Shown here in pieces: positions 20,948 to 28,099 of a DNA stretch of 64,000 bases. A model generated the notes under the pieces. It saw only the letters and a list, made by a program, of their open reading frames with translations, had not been told where the DNA came from and ran no database searches. Within the stretch, counting starts at the first letter, position 1. Every line of letters starts with the position of its first letter. This stretch comes from Intestinibacillus sp. (GTDB taxonomy: Bacteria > Bacillota > Clostridia > Oscillospirales > Butyricicoccaceae): assembly GCA_050255995.1 (NCBI GenBank), contig JBFWIM010000001.1, forward strand, positions 709 through 64,708, given 5' to 3'. The position numbers and the translations under genes are program-made.

Positions 20948-21952
20948 ATGAAGCGATTTTTACGCATCCTGCGCCGCTGGCTGCTCATGGCCATCGTGCT
21001 GACATTGCTGATCTGCGCCGGCCTGTACGCCTACCGGCTGTTTTTCTCGCTTTCCTACCAGTACGATGACGGGCTCGCGGGAGCGGATCTGGCGCAGAAT
21101 GTGACGCCGGACAGCTCGATCACCAACATCGCGCTGTTCGGCGTGGATACGCGCGACGTAGATATCGGCACGCGCTCGGACAGCATGATGATTCTGACGG
21201 TGGACAACACGCGGCACAAGCTCAAGCTGATCTCGCTGATGCGCGACAGTCTGGTGCCGATCGAGGAAAACCGGGACAAGCTGTGCCATGCCTATGCCTA
21301 CGGCGGGCCGGAGTTGGCAATCCGTACGATCAACCAGAACTTCGGTATGGATATCACGGAGTATATCGCCGTGGATTTCGGGCAGATGAAGGAGCTTATT
21401 GACAGAATCGGCGGCATCTATGTCGATGTGTCCGAGAAGGAACGGGTGGAGGCCAACAAGTTCATCAAGGCGTACCAGAAGGAAAAGGGCGTGCCTGTGG
21501 ATGAGCGTACGCCGATTGCGGAGGCCGGGTACCAGCATTTAAACGGCGTGCAGGCAATGTGCTATGCCCGTATCCGCAAGGGCGGCACCGGGGACGACTG
21601 GGGACGCGTTGAGCGCCAGTCCGTTGTGCTGCAGGCCATGTTTGATCAAGTGAAGGACATGGGCACGACTGAGCTGATCGGCCTGATGACAGACATGCTG
21701 CCCCATGTCACCACTTCGCTCAGTCCCACGGAAATACTGCCCTTGCTGCTCGGTGAAATCAAGGGCGGCAAGCCGGCGATTGAACACACCCGCATCCCCG
21801 CCGACGGCGACTGGGAATACAGCGGCTCCTCGGGCGAGTACATCAAGTTTGACCTGGAAAAGGCTGCGAAACAGCTGCAGGATTACATTTATAACGACGT
21901 CTCCCCGGACAGCGATGCCGGGGACGACGGAACGCAGGAAACCGCGGCATAA
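20948..21952 (+). CDS. LCP (LytR/CpsA/Psr) family cell-wall ligase
   Basis: N-terminal TM; RSDSMM, SLMRDS, YARIR...DWGRVERQ. Confidence 0.92.
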   Translation: MKRFLRILRRWLLMAIVLTLLICAGLYAYRLFFSLSYQYDDGLAGADLAQNVTPDSSITNIALFGVDTRDVDIGTRSDSMMILTVDNTRHKLKLISLMRDSLVPIEENRDKLCHAYAYGGPELAIRTINQNFGMDITEYIAVDFGQMKELIDRIGGIYVDVSEKERVEANKFIKAYQKEKGVPVDERTPIAEAGYQHLNGVQAMCYARIRKGGTGDDWGRVERQSVVLQAMFDQVKDMGTTELIGLMTDMLPHVTTSLSPTEILPLLLGEIKGGKPAIEHTRIPADGDWEYSGSSGEYIKFDLEKAAKQLQDYIYNDVSPDSDAGDDGTQETAA

Positions 21953-21954
21953 TC

Positions 21955-21984
21955 AAAAAGCCACCTCGTTACGAGGTGGCTTTT
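21955..21984. terminator. Bidirectional terminator
   Basis: AAAAAGCCACCTCGT-T-ACGAGGTGGCTTTT. Confidence 0.85.
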
Positions 21985-22000
21985 GCAGTTTATGGAACGA

Positions 22001-22336
22001 TCAGCTCTTGTTCTGTCGTTTCTGGAGTTCGCGGCCGACCAGCCAGCCGACGCCAGTACAAAGGATGACCGGGAGATAGCTGCCGGATAAGCGGAGCAGG
22101 CCGGTGAGGATCAGACCCACGGCAAAGCCAATGGCGAGGCAGCGGAACATCAGAGCCGGCATGCCCAGAATCTTGGGCTCCGCGGGCGCCTCCTGCGCTT
22201 CGGGTTCGCTTGTTTCAATCTGGGAAGCCGGGGTTTCGGGAACAGTCTGCAAAGCTTCCGTTTCGGGTTCCGCGGGAGACTGCTCTTCGGGTGCCTGTGG
22301 CCGCATTTCCTCACTCATGGTGGGTTCCTCCTGCAT
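22001..22336 (-). CDS. Hypothetical protein, acidic Glu/Pro N-terminus plus two C-terminal TMs (start may be 22318)
   Basis: ORF composition; GGAGG before ATG 22318. Confidence 0.7.
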   Translation of the reverse strand: MQEEPTMSEEMRPQAPEEQSPAEPETEALQTVPETPASQIETSEPEAQEAPAEPKILGMPALMFRCLAIGFAVGLILTGLLRLSGSYLPVILCTGVGWLVGRELQKRQNKS

Positions 22337-22361
22337 ATTCTAATTTGGTGCTTTTATCATA

Positions 22362-23552
22362 TCATGTTTTGGGGCGTGAGGCAAGCAGGCGCGGCGCGGT
22401 ATGGTCGATTGCGAACGCGCCGAGCGGCGCGGTCAGCAGGATGGAGAGCACGGCGAGTGTGAGCGCAAGGTTGCCGCAGGCCAGACCCATTGCGAGCGGC
22501 ACGCCGCCGACCGCCGCCTGTACGGTCGCCTTGGGCGTGTAGGCGATGGCGGTGAAGAGCCTTTCCCGCCGGGTCAGCGGCGTGCCTGTGACCGAAGCGC
22601 CCACGCCGGCCATGCGGAACAGCAGCGCGCCGAAGATCAGCGCAATGGCGGCGAGGCCGGACGCGATCGCATAGCGCGGATCCACCGCCGCGCCCACCAG
22701 TGTGAACAGCACGACCTCGGCCGCGACCCACAGGCGCGACATTTTGGCGGACAGCCGGTCCGCGAGTTCCGGGCGGGTGCGCAAAACGGCAAGTCCCATC
22801 GTCATGATGGCCAGCATGCCGGAAAACGGCACGTGAACAGCCTTCAGCGCTGTCTCGGCAGCGAGCAGCAGGAAGCTGATGGAAAGCAGCACCAGCACCT
22901 TCGCCGAGTCGCGCACATGCAGCAGGCGGAAGAATTTTGCAAACAGAACGCCAACGATCAAGCCCGCGATCAGGCCGAGCACGATGGACACCGGCACCTG
23001 CAGCAGGGTAAGCGGGGAGAAACTGCCGCCCGCAGCGATGCCGGTGGTCACAGTCAGCATGACGATGACGAAGACGTCGTCCACGGACGAGCCCGCCATG
23101 ATCATCTGCGGGATGGAGTGCTCCGTGCCTGCGCCGCGTTCCATCAGGGCAAGCATGCGGGGCACCACCACGGCGGGCGAGACCGCTGCAAGCACCGAGC
23201 CGAGTATGGCAGCCTCAATATACGTTACGCCGAGCAGCGGCGGGGCAAGTACGATGCAGCCCAGAATTTCAAACGAGGCCGGCACGAAGCAGAGCAGCAC
23301 GGCGGGTCGTCCGACACGCCGCAGCGCGGCCAGATCGAGCGCAAGTCCGGCGCGCAGCAGGATGACGACGAGCGCAAACTGGCGCAGCGGCGTGGAGATA
23401 TTCAGGACAGTTTGGTCGATTGCGTCGAAGACATACGGGCCAAGGATCAGCCCGGCCGCAATCATACCGAGCAGCGGGGGCAGATGGATGCGTGTGCACA
23501 GGCCGCCCAGGGCAAGGCCGAGCAGGAAGAGGAGCGCGAGGCTGGTAAGCAT
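22362..23552 (-). CDS. CPA1-family cation:proton antiporter
   Basis: ~12 TMs; ILLRAGL, SPAVVVP, SSVDDV motifs; true start ATG 23552. Confidence 0.9.
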   Translation of the reverse strand: MLTSLALLFLLGLALGGLCTRIHLPPLLGMIAAGLILGPYVFDAIDQTVLNISTPLRQFALVVILLRAGLALDLAALRRVGRPAVLLCFVPASFEILGCIVLAPPLLGVTYIEAAILGSVLAAVSPAVVVPRMLALMERGAGTEHSIPQMIMAGSSVDDVFVIVMLTVTTGIAAGGSFSPLTLLQVPVSIVLGLIAGLIVGVLFAKFFRLLHVRDSAKVLVLLSISFLLLAAETALKAVHVPFSGMLAIMTMGLAVLRTRPELADRLSAKMSRLWVAAEVVLFTLVGAAVDPRYAIASGLAAIALIFGALLFRMAGVGASVTGTPLTRRERLFTAIAYTPKATVQAAVGGVPLAMGLACGNLALTLAVLSILLTAPLGAFAIDHTAPRLLASRPKT

Positions 23553-23588
23553 AGGTTTAAAACCCCTTTCAACGTGTTTTAGGATAAC

Positions 23589-23689
23589 AAAAAAGCTGAC
23601 AACTATCCTGCAAACCATAAAATTTGCAGAAGTCATCAGCCCAAAAGGCGGTTCGGAGGCGATCCTCCGGGGCGAACCTCATGCCCCAT
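23589..23689 (-). promoter_or_regulatory. Fluoride (crcB-motif) riboswitch with overlapping intrinsic terminator
   Basis: Minus strand GGGGCAUGAGGUUCGCCCC...GAACCGCC-UUUU-GGGCUGAUGACUUCUGC; pseudoknot GAGGUU/GACUUC; terminator GCUGAUGAC/GUUGUCAGC plus U6; sigma-A promoter TTGACA (23733-23728), 17 bp, TATACT (23710-23705). Confidence 0.85.
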
Positions 23690-23780
23690 AAAATTGTCCT
23701 ATTCAGTATAGCATAAAAGACACAGCGTGTCAACGCATAGAAACGCCGGGAAGGACATGCCCTCCCGGCGTTTGCGCGGT

Positions 23781-23987
23781 TTACTGCGGCGCCTCTTCCG
23801 GAATGACAAGCGCGGCAACCAGGTAAACCAGCAGCCCCGTGCCCCAGCCGATCACTGTCAGGATCGCCCAGACCAGACGGATGACAGTCGCGTCCAGACC
23901 AAAGTACTCGGCCAGACCTCCGCATACGCCGCATACCTTGCGGTCATAGATGCTGCGGTATAACTTTTTTCCATTCATATAAAACAC
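23781..23987 (-). CDS. pspC: PspC domain protein (start may be 23978)
   Basis: KKLYRS..DRKVCGVCGGLAEYFGLD...RL. Confidence 0.9.
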   Translation of the reverse strand: MFYMNGKKLYRSIYDRKVCGVCGGLAEYFGLDATVIRLVWAILTVIGWGTGLLVYLVAALVIPEEAPQ

Positions 23988-24229
23988 TCCTTTTTCATAT
24001 CATACTCCGCCAAACAGACCGTGTCCACCGTATTCGCAGCGGCCGATTCCGGCACGAGAACGGGCAGGTCGTCCCGGGCGAATGGCGGCGTAAAACGGTA
24101 GACGAAATGCCAGCCGTTCCGCCAAAGATTGCGCCGGAGCGGCGCTTCGCCGCCGAGTGCCTTGCCGATACCGGAAAGGATCAGGCCGATTACCAGCATA
24201 ATGCAGCAGAACCTTACAGCGCTTTTCAC
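23975..24229 (-). CDS. Short membrane protein, possibly a truncated DUF4097-type gene
   Basis: N-terminal TM ending GIGKALGG; overlaps DUF1700 stop; third-gene position in a PadR-DUF1700 operon. Confidence 0.45.
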   Translation of the reverse strand: MKSAVRFCCIMLVIGLILSGIGKALGGEAPLRRNLWRNGWHFVYRFTPPFARDDLPVLVPESAAANTVDTVCLAEYDMKKECFI

Positions 24230-24846
24230 GGGCGATCCCTCCTTCGCTCAAACGGTTTTCGGCACAGGTTTACGCACCCGCGCGCAAGGGGTGGCAAAAA
24301 CAACATGCACAGCTTGAGAAACAGCAGCGCCAACAGCCCGGCGAGCGCCAGCAGCACAAGCCCTGCGCCGACCATGAGCAGGCCGGAGGCCGGCGTGTGG
24401 AACAGCGCGGCGATGCCGCCCCAAACCATGCCGATCGCCACCGCTCCGAGGATAATGGGGAAAAGCAGAATGCACAGCAGTACGGCAACCAGCGCGCCAA
24501 GCAGGCTAAGCCCCGCAGCGAGCAGCGGCACGCCAAGCGGGATAGCGAGCAGCACAATCGCCAGCAGCAGCCACGGGCTGATACCCCGCCGGACCGGACG
24601 GCTTTGCCGGGGAGGCTCGCCCCCGCCCGACGACTTTGCTCCATGCGGCGCAAGGTCGCGGTAATCGTTCAAGATGGCCTGCGCGACCGCTTCGGGCGAA
24701 CCAAGCCCGGCAATGGCCTCGGTCTCATGCTCCGGCCCCGCATCCGCAAGATAGTCTTCATAATACTGCATGGCGTTTTGCCGCTCCTCGGGCGGCAGCC
24801 CGGAAAGCGCCCGCCACAGTGCGGAGAGAAATTCGGCTTTATTCAT
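24226..24846 (-). CDS. DUF1700 domain membrane protein
   Basis: MNKAEFLSAL...YYEDYLAD...LGSPEAVA, followed by TMs. Confidence 0.9.
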   Translation of the reverse strand: MNKAEFLSALWRALSGLPPEERQNAMQYYEDYLADAGPEHETEAIAGLGSPEAVAQAILNDYRDLAPHGAKSSGGGEPPRQSRPVRRGISPWLLLAIVLLAIPLGVPLLAAGLSLLGALVAVLLCILLFPIILGAVAIGMVWGGIAALFHTPASGLLMVGAGLVLLALAGLLALLFLKLCMLFLPPLARGCVNLCRKPFERRRDRP

Positions 24847-25180
24847 TGTCCACCCCTCCGAAAAGTACAGTTTGTATCCGGTCGCGGTAATCCCGCCAGT
24901 CAATCCGGTACTTGGTCAGCTGTGTGCCGCCGAGCGGGGTCAGGCGATAATACCGCCGGTTGCGGCCGGCGCACTCCCGGCTGTAAGCCGTCAGGTAACC
25001 ATCCTTCAGCAGCCGGCGAAGAACGGGGTACAGCGAGGTTTCGGAAATCTCAATGACCTGCCGCAGGTCCTGCGTGATCTTGTACCCGTAGGCGCCCTCG
25101 CTGCCGGTCTGTGAGACGACCGACAGCACCAGGGCGTCAAGCAGTGATGCGCCAAAGCCGAAAGCCGCCAAACGTCTCAT
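24839..25180 (-). CDS. PadR-family transcriptional regulator
   Basis: LDALVLS, YGYKIT, ETSLYPVLRRL, GRNRRYYRLT. Confidence 0.92.
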   Translation of the reverse strand: MRRLAAFGFGASLLDALVLSVVSQTGSEGAYGYKITQDLRQVIEISETSLYPVLRRLLKDGYLTAYSRECAGRNRRYYRLTPLGGTQLTKYRIDWRDYRDRIQTVLFGGVDNE

Positions 25181-25308
25181 CCCTTTCTTTGTCTTCTTGC
25201 CAATATTATATGCAGAATAATATTGGCTGTCAAGCACTTCAGAAAAGATTTACAATTCCGCAATACATGAGACAACGCTATTCTCTGCACCCCTGTATCC
25301 GGCTATGC

Positions 25309-25351
25309 AAAACCGCCGGCCTGTCCACAGCCTGTGGATAAACCGGCGGTT
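25309..25351 (-). terminator. Hairpin/terminator after the tail-fibre-like gene, containing DnaA-box-like 9-mers
   Basis: Minus strand CCGCCGG-TTTATCCACAGGCTGTGGACAGG-CCGGCGG-TTTT. Confidence 0.7.
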
Positions 25352-25357
25352 CCACGA

Positions 25358-25996
25358 TTAACGGAATATGATGTAAAAATAGGGAATGTTGTTTGAATTG
25401 GTGTACAGGTACTGGCTGGAAACGTAAGTGACCTGAAAACCGTTTTCAACAACTGACAACCCAATTTTTGTGGGATCGTTTGCGATGTACTGGGGTTTGT
25501 TTGGCAGTGCGATACCGCCGTAGCAATAGTAGTTGCCGTTGCTGACATAGGTTGTGGCGCCGGAAACGCCGGTCAGCAGCACGGCCTTGGGCTGATACCC
25601 GAGATCGATGACGCGGTTTGTCGTGCCGTCGCCCGTGTAGGTGCCGATCTGCACCACCGCGCAGGACGCAACCTGGGTGAGCAGCGCGGCGTTATCCTGT
25701 TCCCGTGCGGCTGTCTCTGCCGCAAGTGCGGACTGATCGGCCTTGGCGTTCAGCTTTTCGGCGAGCGGCTGATCGAGCATGCTCTCGTGGATCGTGCCGC
25801 CGTAGGTCTGCGCGACGATCCCCTCGACCTTCGCGTCCAGCGCCGCGGCGTCATCCGCCAGGCCGTTGACCGAAAGCCGCAGAGCCTCGGCGTTGCCGTC
25901 AAAATATTGTTTCAGCTCCTCCGCTGAAAGCTGCGGCACATCGGCCAGCGCTGTAATCGGCGATGGAAGCGTTGTAAGACGGCGTTCTGTGAACAA
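25358..25996 (-). CDS. Orphan phage tail-fibre/receptor-binding-like protein (212 aa, TTG start)
   Basis: AAGGAGG (26011-26005) 8 nt before TTG 25996; N-terminal ITALADVPQLSAEELKQYFD; coiled-coil middle; C-terminal GTYTGDG..RVIDLGYQPKAV...YFYIIFR resembling phage fibre tip domains (by eye). Confidence 0.65.
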   Translation of the reverse strand: MFTERRLTTLPSPITALADVPQLSAEELKQYFDGNAEALRLSVNGLADDAAALDAKVEGIVAQTYGGTIHESMLDQPLAEKLNAKADQSALAAETAAREQDNAALLTQVASCAVVQIGTYTGDGTTNRVIDLGYQPKAVLLTGVSGATTYVSNGNYYCYGGIALPNKPQYIANDPTKIGLSVVENGFQVTYVSSQYLYTNSNNIPYFYIIFR

Positions 25997-26051
25997 TGGC
26001 TGTTCCTCCTTCATAAAATAGATACGAGTTACCGGACAAAGCGTGGTTTCT

Positions 26052-26080
26052 ATAATACGAACAAAGGTTCCTGTTGTCAA
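26052..26080 (-). promoter_or_regulatory. Sigma-A promoter with LexA box in the spacer
   Basis: Minus strand TTGACA, 17 bp, TATTAT; plus-strand CGAAC-AAAG-GTTCC at 26058-26071. Confidence 0.75.
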
Positions 26081-26225
26081 GTACCGTTTTGGTTTGGGAC
26101 AATACGACCCGCCACAAACATAAGGCAAGGGCGTTAGATTGAACGCCCTTGCATTGCAAATTTTTATCGCATTTGCAGAAGTCTGTCAAGACGGAGGGAC
26201 GCATCTGCACGTCCCCTATGGTGGT

Positions 26226-26627
26226 TCAGCGCCTGCAGCTTGGGCGGCCCGCATGGCTGTGCGCGCTACCGCGCCGCGCCGTGCCCGTTCTCTGATGGTG
26301 TGTGCACAGGGTATCCGGATCGCATTGCAGCGTACCTGCAAGCAGTGCGTCAACCTGCGCATCCGCCTCGCCCGACGCGCCCGGATAGAACGTGATGCCC
26401 GCGTCGCGCAGCGCGGCTCTTGCACCGCCGCCGATGCCGCCGCAGATCAGGGTATCCACCCCATGTGCACGCAGAAAGCCTGCGAGCGCGCCGTGCCTGC
26501 TGCCGTTGACCGGCACAATATGGCTCGCGTCCGCCAGGTCATTCTGCACTTCGTAAATTTTAAACTGTTCGGTGCTTCCAAAATGCTGAAACACTTGGCC
26601 GTTGTCATAGGTGACTGCGATTTTCAT
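26226..26627 (-). CDS. NifB/NifX-family (FeMo-cofactor-binding-like) protein
   Basis: MKIAVT...VFQHFG..EQFKIYE; LICGGIGGGA; C-terminal Cys/His. Confidence 0.88.
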   Translation of the reverse strand: MKIAVTYDNGQVFQHFGSTEQFKIYEVQNDLADASHIVPVNGSRHGALAGFLRAHGVDTLICGGIGGGARAALRDAGITFYPGASGEADAQVDALLAGTLQCDPDTLCTHHQRTGTARRGSAHSHAGRPSCRR

Positions 26628-26966
26628 GTGTTTTCCTCCGTGTCCGTATTGCTGTGTGACGGTTGCAGCGCTGCCGGGGCATACCGGAAAGCGCCGGCGC
26701 GCACGCGCCTGCATTTCCAAGGCGCGGTACATGGCAATACTGTATGCGCTACGGGGCAAAAAAATGTTTTGCCGGTACATAGCGCGCGGGATTCCGCCCC
26801 TCCTCCGAAAATTGTCGACTGCCGGAACTTTTTGGTTCCCATTTTGTTCATAGCTATGCTATAATAGGGGGCAGACAGGGGGCGCTGCACTGCGGCGACC
26901 CGCCGCGATGCAAAAGAATGCTCCGGAAAACAAATCAGCCGCCCGGCGGGCGATGGAGGGGAAACT

Positions 26967-27383
26967 ATGAAAAAGTTCTTACAGGAGTTCAGGGATTTCG
27001 CCCTGCGCGGCAACGTGATGGATCTGGCCGTCGGCGTCATCATCGGCGCGGCGTTTCAGGCGATTGTCAAGTCGCTGACTGACGACATCATTTCTCCGGT
27101 TCTCGGCCTGTTCACCGGAAAGAATTTCAGTGATCTCGCAGTGGATGCGTTCGGCGCGACCATCCGTTACGGCGCGTTTATTACGGCGGTCATCAATTTT
27201 TTGATTATGGCGTTTCTGGTCTTCCTGCTGGTGAAGGGCATGAACCGTCTGGCGACGCTTGGCCGCCGCAAGACGGAGGCGGCGCCCGCTGCCCCCACGA
27301 CCAAGGTCTGCCCCTACTGCCGCAGTGAAATCGACATCGCGGCGACCCGCTGCCCGCACTGCACCTCCCAGCTGGAGGAATGA
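26967..27383 (+). CDS. mscL: Large-conductance mechanosensitive channel with C-terminal zinc ribbon
   Basis: [21 protein letters not shown]; CPYC...CPHC tail. Confidence 0.95.
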   Translation: MKKFLQEFRDFALRGNVMDLAVGVIIGAAFQAIVKSLTDDIISPVLGLFTGKNFSDLAVDAFGATIRYGAFITAVINFLIMAFLVFLLVKGMNRLATLGRRKTEAAPAAPTTKVCPYCRSEIDIAATRCPHCTSQLEE

Positions 27384-27414
27384 GCGGCGCGGTAAAAATT
27401 TAATTCTGCAGGAC

Positions 27415-27452
27415 AAAGGCCCGCTTCGTCTGAAGACGAAGCGGGCCTTTTT
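27415..27452. terminator. Bidirectional terminator
   Basis: AAAGGCCCGCTTCGTCT-GA-AGACGAAGCGGGCCTTTTT. Confidence 0.85.
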
Positions 27453-27456
27453 TGCG

Positions 27457-27768
27457 TCAACCGTCGAACGGCAGCGGCTGGCACGCGAGATTATAGGCGA
27501 GCAAACGGCGCAGCCGGGTCTTTGCACGTTGCAAATGGCGGCATACCGCGGAGGGCGACACCCCCCAGCGCACGGCAATCTGCCGCTGGGACAGTCCCTC
27601 CAGATAATGCAGGCAAAGCGCTTCGTGCTGGCGTGCGGTCAGTTCGTCCTGCATTGCCCGGAAAAAGGCTGTCCGGAAGGCGGCGCGCCAGGCCGAATTG
27701 TCGCCTGCGGCGGACGCCTCATAGCGCAGCAGCGCCTCGCGCTCAAGAGCAGCGTCCGACAGCGCCAT
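27457..27768 (-). CDS. Sigma-70 region-4-only helix-turn-helix protein
   Basis: ELTARQHEALCLHYLEGLSQRQIAVRWGVSPSAVCRHLQRAKTRLR; no region 2; start overlaps the upstream ORF. Confidence 0.85.
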   Translation of the reverse strand: MALSDAALEREALLRYEASAAGDNSAWRAAFRTAFFRAMQDELTARQHEALCLHYLEGLSQRQIAVRWGVSPSAVCRHLQRAKTRLRRLLAYNLACQPLPFDG

Positions 27769-27979
27769 GGCTTTCCCTCTGGTCGTAATAGTGCTGCATG
27801 TCGTAAGCGGCACGGCGGCTTTCGCCCAGCATCCCGTAGAGCGTGCCGATGCGCTTTTTCAGCCTGCGGCGCAGCTCCAGCTGACGGGTGTTCTGCAGCC
27901 TGCAGCGCAGCTGGATGATGCGCAACTCAATCAGCGCGCCATTGACGCGGTATTCCTGCGCCATCTGTTGTAAAGTCAT
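27743..27979 (-). CDS. Hypothetical 78-aa basic helical protein
   Basis: AAGGAGG 7 nt before ATG 27979; overlaps the region-4 gene by 26 bp. Confidence 0.75.
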   Translation of the reverse strand: MTLQQMAQEYRVNGALIELRIIQLRCRLQNTRQLELRRRLKKRIGTLYGMLGESRRAAYDMQHYYDQRESHGAVGRCS

Positions 27980-27999
27980 GCAAATACCTCCTTGCAGTT

Positions 28000-28048
28000 A
28001 GAACGGATGTTTGAATATAATAATAACATCAAACGTATGTTCCGTCAA
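28000..28048 (-). promoter_or_regulatory. Sigma-A promoter with two LexA boxes
   Basis: Minus strand TTGACG, 17 bp, TATTAT (28048-28020); boxes AGAAC-GGAT-GTTTG (28000-28013) and CAAAC-GTAT-GTTCC (28030-28043). Confidence 0.8.
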
Positions 28049-28099
28049 GTAAAAAAAGAAAGCCCCCGCACCGCCAGGGTACGGGGGAACAAAAGCGCT

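Noticed and set aside
25358-28048. Intact prophage or complete DGR cassette
   Set aside because: No terminase, capsid, integrase, reverse transcriptase or template repeat in the window; only the hypotheses above are retained.
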